A DNA stretch of 26,447 nt from Burkholderiales bacterium (GTDB lineage Bacteria; Pseudomonadota; Gammaproteobacteria; Burkholderiales; SG8-41), in NCBI GenBank assembly GCA_035259925.1, contig DATFVY010000054.1, forward strand, positions 1 to 26,447. Direction: 5' to 3'. This document shows, one piece after another, positions 1-6,869 of the stretch; position 1 is the first letter of the stretch; every line of letters begins with the position of its first letter. The position numbers were made by a program, and so were the translations under genes. The notes under the pieces were generated by a model. It worked only from the letters and a program-made list of their open reading frames with translations. It was not told the origin of the DNA and made no database searches.

Positions 1-1
1 C

Positions 2-853
2 AAGCTCGGCGTGGATTTCATCGACATCAACATGCTCAAAGTCTTCGCCGAAGAGAAGATCGACTGGACCGACGGCATGACGGCAATGATGGAGGCGCGC
101 GCGATCAAGAACGTGGACGAGCAGGAATGCCTGCGCATGGTTGGCGCGATCGGCGACGGCGCGCACTGGGAGTTCATGAACTTCCTCAAGCCCGGCATTA
201 CCGAGAACAAGCTCACCGCGCACATCATGGAGTACCTCTACGCCATCCCGGGGATGGAGGACGTGGAGGACGTGATCGTCTCCTCCGGGCCCAACACCTG
301 GCCCAACTGGCGCAACTTCTCCGACCGCATCGTCAAGCCCGGCGATATCGTGTTCATGGACCTCGCCGCGCTCACCTGGAACGGCTACAAGTCCTGCTAC
401 TACCGCACCTACTGCGCGGGCAAGGAGCCGACCAAGGAACAGAAGGACATCTACGCGACCGCGCTGAAGTGGCTCTACGACTCGATCAAGGCCGTGAAGG
501 TCGGCACCACGACGCGGGAGATTGCCTCCAAGTGGCCCTCGGCGAAGGAAGCCTGGGGTTACGCCGAGGAAGACCAGGCGGCGGCCAACCTGTGGGGACA
601 CGGCCTCGGGCTGGCGCAATACGACCAGCCGGTCATCTCGCGCATCTGGTCGCTCGACCACCCGATCGAGATCAAGGAAGGCATGGTGTTCGCGCTCGAG
701 ACCCAGCACGGCAAGATGTACGAATGGGGCGTGCGCATCGAGGAGATGCTGATCGTGCACAAGGACCGCATCGAGATCATCTCCAACTTCCCGGTCGAGC
801 AGATCACGGTCGTCGATCCGATGCCTGGCTACTCGACCCTTGCGGGACGCTAG
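2..853 (+). CDS. M24 family metallopeptidase-like protein (Xaa-Pro peptidase/creatinase fold), 5'-truncated by window edge
   Basis: Frame is open from base 2 to TAG at 851-853. Pita-bread motifs: GDIVFMD, GYKSCYYRT, GHGLGL, MVFALETQ, GVRIEEMLIV. Confidence 0.85.
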   Translation, partial: KLGVDFIDINMLKVFAEEKIDWTDGMTAMMEARAIKNVDEQECLRMVGAIGDGAHWEFMNFLKPGITENKLTAHIMEYLYAIPGMEDVEDVIVSSGPNTWPNWRNFSDRIVKPGDIVFMDLAALTWNGYKSCYYRTYCAGKEPTKEQKDIYATALKWLYDSIKAVKVGTTTREIASKWPSAKEAWGYAEEDQAAANLWGHGLGLAQYDQPVISRIWSLDHPIEIKEGMVFALETQHGKMYEWGVRIEEMLIVHKDRIEIISNFPVEQITVVDPMPGYSTLAGR

Positions 854-886
854 GAGGCTGCACCATCAACCAGGATGGAGGGGGCA

Positions 887-1906
887 ATGAGACCACGAAA
901 ATGGCTCGCCGCAGCCGCGGCGGCGCTGGCCGTGTCGGGTTGCGTTACGGTGGAGAAGCCGGTGCCGATGGAAGCGGTCATCGGCAACAACTTCGGCCAC
1001 CTGCCGATGTTCGTCGGAGTGGAGAAAGGCCTGTTCCGGCAGCACGGTGTCGATCTGAGGCTCAGAGTCGTCAACACTGGTACCGACATGGTCAACGCCA
1101 TGCAGAAGCGCGAGGTACAGATCGGCGACATGAGCGTGACCACCTTCCTCAAGGCGCGCCATGACGGCTCGCCCTTCACGGTGGTCGGGCTGATCATGAA
1201 CGACGCCAACGCGACCAACGCCGACGACCCCCTCGCGATCGTCGCGCGCAAGGACTCCGGCATCAGTCGGGTCGAGGACCTCAAAGGCAAGCGTGTCGGC
1301 CTCGCCCGCGGCCAGACTTCCGACGAGTACTTCAAGATGGTGCTGAGCCGGCGCGGCATGAAGTACGAGGACGTGCGGATCGAGAACATCATGGCGCCGC
1401 CCGCCATCGCGACAGCCCTCGCGCAGGGCAAGGTGGACGCGGTGGTTTCCTGGGAGCCGTTCAACACCATGGCGCTCGAGAGTGCCAAGGACTCCTACGT
1501 CGTGCTGCGCGGCGGCGGCCACCTGTCGTACATCATGGTGGCCACCGTGCACGACCCGATGCTGCGCAACGACCCGAAGACGGTACAGAATTTCGTCAAC
1601 GGACTCGCGGCGGCGTCCCACTACACCCGCAGGAATCGCCAGGAAGCGGTCGAAATCTTTGCAAAATGGGTCCCGAACGTGGACCGTGGCGTCGCGCAGA
1701 AGGCCGTCCAGCATATCAAGTACGACCCGCGCGTCTCGAGCGCGAGCCTGAAAGCTTTCGAGAATGCCCAGGGGGATCTGCTCAATCTGACGCTCAAGCC
1801 GGGGACCCAGCCGCTGCGCATCACGGACGTCGTGCTGGCGTCCTACACGCAGGTCGCGGAGAGGGACTTTCCCGAGTATTTCGCCGACCTGGCGCCCTTG
1901 AAATAA
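887..1906 (+). CDS. ABC-type substrate-binding lipoprotein, NMT1/THI5/SsuA-like (339 aa)
   Basis: ATG 887 follows GGAGGGG (alternative ATG at 875). Lipoprotein signal MRPRKWLAAAAAALAVSG-C19. Family-like segments DLKGKRVGLARGQTS and GKVDAVVSWEPF. Confidence 0.8.
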   Translation: MRPRKWLAAAAAALAVSGCVTVEKPVPMEAVIGNNFGHLPMFVGVEKGLFRQHGVDLRLRVVNTGTDMVNAMQKREVQIGDMSVTTFLKARHDGSPFTVVGLIMNDANATNADDPLAIVARKDSGISRVEDLKGKRVGLARGQTSDEYFKMVLSRRGMKYEDVRIENIMAPPAIATALAQGKVDAVVSWEPFNTMALESAKDSYVVLRGGGHLSYIMVATVHDPMLRNDPKTVQNFVNGLAAASHYTRRNRQEAVEIFAKWVPNVDRGVAQKAVQHIKYDPRVSSASLKAFENAQGDLLNLTLKPGTQPLRITDVVLASYTQVAERDFPEYFADLAPLK

Positions 1907-1917
1907 AGCGCGCCGAG

Positions 1918-3219
1918 ATGCAGAACCCGCTCATCTCTCTTGCGGCGCCGGAAGCGACGGACGCGGTCCGCGTCGGTCCTAAAGCCGCCAATCTGGCGGC
2001 GCTTGGCCGTGCGGGACTTCCCACTCCCGGGGGCTTCTGCCTCACGGCCGACGCCTATCGCGCCCAGCTGGCGCACCTCGGGCTGGAAGAGATGGCGCGC
2101 GAGGTCTTTTCGGCCGATGACGCCCGGGCGCGACGGAGCGCCTTGCGACTGCGCATGCAGTTGATGGAACAGCCAGTCCTGCCGGATGTGCAGGGGCCGT
2201 TGATCGCGGCATGGCGGGAAATGACGCGGCACGCCGCGATTCCGGGCGTCGTGCGGTCGACAGCATTGGTCGAGGACCGCCATGGATCGAGCTTCGCCGG
2301 TCAATTCGAGAGCTTTCTCGGCATAACGGACGAAGCCGACTTCCTCACCGCGGTACGCGCCTGCTGGGCCGCGCTTTGGGCGCCGCGCGCCCTGCGCTAC
2401 ATGGCCACGCACGACGTCGATCCGGCGCAAACGGCGATGGCGCTCCTGATCCAGCCGTTGGTAGCCGCGCGCGCGGCGGGTGGTGGCCTGAGCCGGACGG
2501 CTGAAGGGGAAATGCTGATCAACGCGACGCCGGGTCTCGGCTCCGCCATCGCGCAAGGCGAGGTCGCTCCCGACCGCTATCGCCTCGATCCCGCGGGGAA
2601 GCTGCGCGAGAGCCAGGCGGGGATCACCTATCACCAGGTGACGTGCGTGCACCAGCCGCATCTCTCGCGTCCCCGTGCAACCGGGAAATCCTGTCTCGCC
2701 CCAGCGCAGGTCGAGGAGCTGGGACGACTGCTGCTGGCGGCCGAGAAAGTCATGGACATGCCGGTCGAGATCGAATGGGCACTCGACGACGCCGGCTTCA
2801 AGCTCCTGCAGGCCCGACCGCTTCACCTGGACGACAAGCCTTCATCCCAACCCGCTGACCCGACCTGGCTGCGGCAGCCGCGTCTGCGCGGCCAGCCGGC
2901 AGGCGTGGGTTGGGGCACCGGCCGCGCCCGCGTGGTGAATTGCGAATGCGAAGTCTCGCGGATCGCGCCGGGTGACATCCTCGTGACGCGGGCCGCCGGG
3001 CCGGCGCTGGGCCGCGTGCTCGCCATCGTTGCCGGCGTCGTGACGGAGCTGGGCGGAAGCACTTCCCACCTCGCCTCCCTGGCGCGAGAGCGCTGCGTGC
3101 CGATGGTGCTGGGCGTGCCGGGAGCGACCCACCAGATACCCGAAGGCGCGCAGGTCGCCGTGGACGGCGTGGCGGGCATCGTGCGCTGGATGCGCGCCGG
3201 GGGCGCCGCGAGGGTCTAG
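1918..3219 (+). CDS. Minimal PEP-synthase/PPDK-like phosphotransferase: ATP-grasp domain plus phospho-His swivel domain (433 aa)
   Basis: ATP-grasp motifs VGPKAANL, VRSTALVED..SSFAGQFESF, IQPLV, GLGSAIAQGEVAPD, EIEWA, LQARP. Swivel motif TELGGSTSHLASLARE (His384, codon 3067-3069) and VAVDGVAGIV. ATG 1918 lies 11 nt after the upstream stop; the ORF-track extension to 1666 overlaps the previous gene. Confidence 0.85.
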   Translation: MQNPLISLAAPEATDAVRVGPKAANLAALGRAGLPTPGGFCLTADAYRAQLAHLGLEEMAREVFSADDARARRSALRLRMQLMEQPVLPDVQGPLIAAWREMTRHAAIPGVVRSTALVEDRHGSSFAGQFESFLGITDEADFLTAVRACWAALWAPRALRYMATHDVDPAQTAMALLIQPLVAARAAGGGLSRTAEGEMLINATPGLGSAIAQGEVAPDRYRLDPAGKLRESQAGITYHQVTCVHQPHLSRPRATGKSCLAPAQVEELGRLLLAAEKVMDMPVEIEWALDDAGFKLLQARPLHLDDKPSSQPADPTWLRQPRLRGQPAGVGWGTGRARVVNCECEVSRIAPGDILVTRAAGPALGRVLAIVAGVVTELGGSTSHLASLARERCVPMVLGVPGATHQIPEGAQVAVDGVAGIVRWMRAGGAARV

Positions 3220-3222
3220 GAC

Positions 3223-3861
3223 GTGGCCCAGAGAATTCGAGGCATTACCGACGCCGAGGCGACTGGCGTGGCCAGGGAACTGTTCGAGGCATCGAACCGG
3301 ATGCTGGGCCGGACCGCCAACCTGCAGCGCATCCTCGCGCACAGCCCGTACGTAGCGCGGTGGCTGCTACCCTTCATTGCCGCGGTGCGGCAGCCCGGCG
3401 CCGGTGCGGTATCCGATGTGCGGCTACGTAACCTGGCGGTGTTGAAGACGTCCACGATCAACGGCTGCAAATACTGAACGGAGCACAATCGCGTGCTTGG
3501 TCAAGCACTGGGGCTGAAGGACGAAGAGTTTGACGCGCTCCAGGGCGACTACCGTGCAAGCAGCCTCTTCGATCGGCGCGAAAAAGCCGTGCTGGCGTGG
3601 TCGGAGGCGATGACCCTCAACACGGCCAGGCGCGACGACGCGGTGTGGGACGAACTGCGGAGCCAGTTCAGCGACGCCGAGATCGTCGAGGTGTCGCTCG
3701 CGTGCGCGATGTTCAACATGATCAACCGCCTCAACGATTCCTTCCGCACGGAGCTCGAGCCGGAGGAATACAACCGCAGGCAGCATCGCGCCGTTGGGGT
3801 GGCTCGCGACGCGCTGGAGGAATACGCCTGCCGCATCTGCGGCGGTCGTAAAGGGACCTGA
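3223..3861 (+). CDS. AhpD/carboxymuconolactone decarboxylase family protein, predicted selenoprotein (212 aa, Sec85 at TGA 3475-3477)
   Basis: ORFs 3223..3477 and 3493..3861 are in the same frame and joined by one TGA: RNLAVLKTSTINGCKY-U-TEHNRVLGQALGL. This matches the AhpD NGCxYCxxxH pattern with the second Cys codon replaced by TGA. The C-terminal half carries typical CMD segments (REKAVLAWSEAMT, FSDAEIVEVSLACAMFNMINR). A hairpin follows the TGA. Confidence 0.85.
3493..3508 (+). promoter_or_regulatory. Putative bacterial SECIS element
   Basis: Perfect stem GTGCTT (3493-3498) / AAGCAC (3503-3508) with loop GGTC. The loop begins 22 nt after the UGA and starts with G. Confidence 0.7.
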
Positions 3862-4844
3862 TGCGCCCCCGCGTGTACGTGACGCAGCCGGTCGCGGCCA
3901 GCGCCCTCGAGCGGCTGCGCACGGTGGCCGATGTCGAGCTGAACCCCGACACGCTGCACAAGGTCACCAAGAGCGAGCTGCTGGAGCGGATGCCGCAGCT
4001 CGATCTCCTGTTCTGCCTGCTTCACGACAAGGTGGACCGCGACGTCATCGCGGCCGGCCAGCGTCTGCGCGCCATCGCTTCGATGAAGATCACGCCCTCC
4101 GACATAGACGTGGCCGCGGCCACCGCGCGGCGCCTGCCGGTCACGGTGATCCCCCCGATGGTGACGGAGGCTACCGCTGACATGCATTTTGCACTGCTCC
4201 TGGCCGTAGCCCGGCGCGTGGTCGAGGGCGACCAGCTGCTGCGTTCCGGCGTGTTTCCCGGCGCGCAATCGGCGCATCTGCTGGGCGCCGCGGTGCACGG
4301 GCGGACCATCGGCCTCATCGGCGGTGGGGGACGCATCGGGAAAGCGGTGGCGAAGCGGGCGCAGGGCTTCTCGATGCGCACCCTCTACTGGACGCCGCGC
4401 CGCAAGGCCGAGGCGGAGGAGCGGGAAGCCGGGCTCACCTATGTGCCTTATGACCAGCTCCTCGCTGAATCGGATTTCGTCTCGGTGCACGCTCCTCTCA
4501 CCGCCGAGACGCGCCACCTGGTCGGCGAGCGCGAATTGCAGCTGATGAAGCCCACGGCATTCCTCGTCAACACCGCGCGCGGTCCGATCGTGGACGAGAA
4601 AGCCCTGGTGCGCGCGTTGAAGGCGGGCCGCATCGCGGGCGCCGGCCTCGATGTCTACGAGAACGAGCCTGAAGTCGAGCCCGAGCTGATCGCCATGAAG
4701 AATGTCGTGCTTACGCCGCACCTCGGCAGCGCCGCGAAGGAGTTGCGCGAGGCCATGGCCAACATCGTGGTGGATAATATCTTCGCGGTGCTCGAAGGAC
4801 GGCGACCGCCCAACTGCTGGAATCCCGAGATATACAATTCGTGA
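3861..4844 (+). CDS. D-isomer-specific 2-hydroxyacid dehydrogenase (glyoxylate/hydroxypyruvate reductase-like)
   Basis: TEATADMHFALLLAVARR, IGLIGGGGRIG, catalytic-triad motifs NTARG, DVYENEP and TPHLGS. ATG overlaps the upstream TGA (TGATG). Confidence 0.92.
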   Translation: MRPRVYVTQPVAASALERLRTVADVELNPDTLHKVTKSELLERMPQLDLLFCLLHDKVDRDVIAAGQRLRAIASMKITPSDIDVAAATARRLPVTVIPPMVTEATADMHFALLLAVARRVVEGDQLLRSGVFPGAQSAHLLGAAVHGRTIGLIGGGGRIGKAVAKRAQGFSMRTLYWTPRRKAEAEEREAGLTYVPYDQLLAESDFVSVHAPLTAETRHLVGERELQLMKPTAFLVNTARGPIVDEKALVRALKAGRIAGAGLDVYENEPEVEPELIAMKNVVLTPHLGSAAKELREAMANIVVDNIFAVLEGRRPPNCWNPEIYNS

Positions 4845-4854
4845 AGGATCCGTA

Positions 4855-5847
4855 ATGGCTGGAAAAGCGAAAGTGGTGCTCACCGACTACGTCTGGGAGT
4901 CGCTGGACGTGGAGAAGAAAATCCTCGCTGGCGTGGCGGACCTGGTGCCGCTGCAAACCAAGAAGCCCGAGGACTTCCTCGCGCAGGCGGCGGATTGCGA
5001 CGCGCTGCTCAACACCTACGCCGGCCCCATCACCGGCGACGTCATGGCGAAGATGCCCAAGTGCAAGATCATCGCGCGCTACGGCATAGGCGTGGATACC
5101 ATCGATCTCAACGCGGCCACCCAGGCGGGCATCATCGTGACCAACAACCCCACCTATTGCATCGAGGAGGTTGCGGAGCACACCATGGCGCTGCTCCTCG
5201 CCGCCGCCCGCAAGGTGCCGTTCTACGACCGCATGGTGCGCGCACGCACTTGGGCGGTACCGCCCGGAAAGCCGCTCTATCGCCTGGTGGGTCAGACGCT
5301 CGGACTGGTCGGCTTCGGCAATATCGCGCGCCAGGTGGCGCTACGCGCCGCCGCCTTCGGCATGAAGGTGCTCTATGCCGATCCCTTCGTGAGGGAAGGA
5401 CAGTTCAGCGAACCCGGCAGGAAGACGGAGCTGAACACGCTGCTCAAGGAGGCGGATTTCGTATCCGTGCACCCTCCCCTCACGCCGGAAACGCGCAAGA
5501 TGATCAACGACGACGCCTTCTCGCGCATGAAGCCGACCGCCATCCTCATCAACTGCTCGCGCGGGCCGGTGGTGGATACAGACGCCCTGGTGCGGGCGCT
5601 CGACGCGAAGAGGATCGCCGGCTGCGCCCTCGACACCGTGGATCCCGAGCCGCTGCCGGATCCCCATCCGTTGCGCGGCCGTGAGAACGTGATTCTCAAC
5701 CCCCATGTTGCCTGGTACAGCGAGACCGCGATGGTGGGCTTGCAGGCGGGCGCGCCCAACGAGGTGCGCCGCCTGCTGGCGGGCGAATGGCCGGTGAACG
5801 TGGTCAACAAAGCCGTCAAAGAAAAGAATCGCGCGGGGCTCAAGTGA
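4855..5847 (+). CDS. D-isomer-specific 2-hydroxyacid dehydrogenase, CtBP-like subfamily (330 aa)
   Basis: ARYGIGVDTID, NNPTYCIEEVAEH, GLVGFGNIA, YADPF, NCSRG, DTVDPEP, NPHVAWYS. ATG 4855 is 10 nt after the upstream stop. Confidence 0.9.
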   Translation: MAGKAKVVLTDYVWESLDVEKKILAGVADLVPLQTKKPEDFLAQAADCDALLNTYAGPITGDVMAKMPKCKIIARYGIGVDTIDLNAATQAGIIVTNNPTYCIEEVAEHTMALLLAAARKVPFYDRMVRARTWAVPPGKPLYRLVGQTLGLVGFGNIARQVALRAAAFGMKVLYADPFVREGQFSEPGRKTELNTLLKEADFVSVHPPLTPETRKMINDDAFSRMKPTAILINCSRGPVVDTDALVRALDAKRIAGCALDTVDPEPLPDPHPLRGRENVILNPHVAWYSETAMVGLQAGAPNEVRRLLAGEWPVNVVNKAVKEKNRAGLK

Positions 5848-6815
5848 TCAACGCCGCGATCATCGGGCTGGGCTGGTGGGGCAAGAACATCGTCCAGTGC
5901 ATCCAGGGCAGGAGCGAGAAGCTTCGCTTCGTGCACGGCGTCAGCAAGGAGATCGACGCGGCCCTGCCCATCGCGGAGGCTAATGGCTTCACGCTCAGCG
6001 ACGACCTGGAGAAGGCGCTCGCCGACAAGCGCGTGGAGGCCGTCGTGCTGGCAACCCCGCATTCATTGCATGCCGACCAGATCGTGCGCGTTGCCGCCGC
6101 CGGCAAGCCGGTGTTCTGCGAGAAGCCGCTAGCGCTCAAGCGCGCGGATGCCGAGCGCGCAGTGGCAGCGTGCCGCAAGGCCGGGGTTGCGATCGGAGTG
6201 GGACAGAACAAGCGCTTCTGGCCCTCCATGGTGGAACTGCAGCGCGTCGTGGCGAGCGGCGCGCTCGGCCGCATCATGCACATCGAGGGCCATTACAGCA
6301 ACGAGAATTCGGGGCTGCATTTCTCCGCCTGGCGCGACTCGCCAAGCGAGTCACCCGGCGGCGGCATGACCGGGACCGGCATTCATCTCCTCGACTGGTT
6401 CATCGCGCTCGGCGGGCCAGTATCCGAGGTAAGCGCGCAAGTCGTGACTCACCGCTCCGGCGCCGACCCGCGCGACGCCGCGTCCGTCATGTTCCGCTTC
6501 GCCAATGGCCTGAGCGGCTACTTCGGCCTGGTGCGCGCCTCGCCGATCTACTGGCGCGTGCACGTTTTCGGCGACGAGGGCTCGGTCGAGGGACTGGGTG
6601 AAACCGAGCTGGTGGTGAGGACGCGCGGTGGCAAGGTGGAGCGGCGCGAATTCGCGAAGGTCGATTCGATACGCGTCGAGATCGATGCCTTCGCCGACGC
6701 CGCCGCGGGACGCAGCCCTTACCCTATCACCCCGGCGGAAATGGTGAATACGATCGCCGCCTTCGAAGCCATCATCCGCTCGATGGATAGCGGTAAACCG
6801 GCGCGGGTCGGCTGA
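5844..6815 (+). CDS. Gfo/Idh/MocA family NAD(P)-dependent oxidoreductase (323 aa)
   Basis: AAIIGLGWWG, ATPHSLH, VFCEKPL, GGGMTGTGIHLLD. GTG start overlaps the upstream TGA (GTGA). Confidence 0.92.
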   Translation: MINAAIIGLGWWGKNIVQCIQGRSEKLRFVHGVSKEIDAALPIAEANGFTLSDDLEKALADKRVEAVVLATPHSLHADQIVRVAAAGKPVFCEKPLALKRADAERAVAACRKAGVAIGVGQNKRFWPSMVELQRVVASGALGRIMHIEGHYSNENSGLHFSAWRDSPSESPGGGMTGTGIHLLDWFIALGGPVSEVSAQVVTHRSGADPRDAASVMFRFANGLSGYFGLVRASPIYWRVHVFGDEGSVEGLGETELVVRTRGGKVERREFAKVDSIRVEIDAFADAAAGRSPYPITPAEMVNTIAAFEAIIRSMDSGKPARVG

Positions 6816-6851
6816 AAAAAAAGCGGCGAGCCGCATGGCTCGCCGTTTGTT
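6815..6851. terminator. Bidirectional intrinsic terminator
   Basis: A-tract 6815-6822, stem CGGCGAGCC (6824-6832), loop GCAT, stem GGCTCGCCG (6837-6845), then TTTGTT. It lies between convergent stop codons. Confidence 0.85.
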
Positions 6852-6869
6852 CCTGTCCCTCACTGCAGG

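Noticed and set aside
1918-3219. Calling this ppsA, rifampicin phosphotransferase or a selenophosphate synthetase
   Set aside because: It lacks the pyruvate-binding barrel and the central rifampicin-binding domain, and has no SelD/AIRS motifs. The shared ATP-to-AMP chemistry with SelD is only an analogy.
3223-3861. Two separate small genes (84 aa and 122 aa) or a nonsense pseudogene, as the ORF track implies
   Set aside because: The halves are in frame, the TGA sits at a catalytic Cys position, a SECIS-like hairpin follows, and there is no other sign of decay. A pseudogene stays possible if the genome lacks the Sec machinery.
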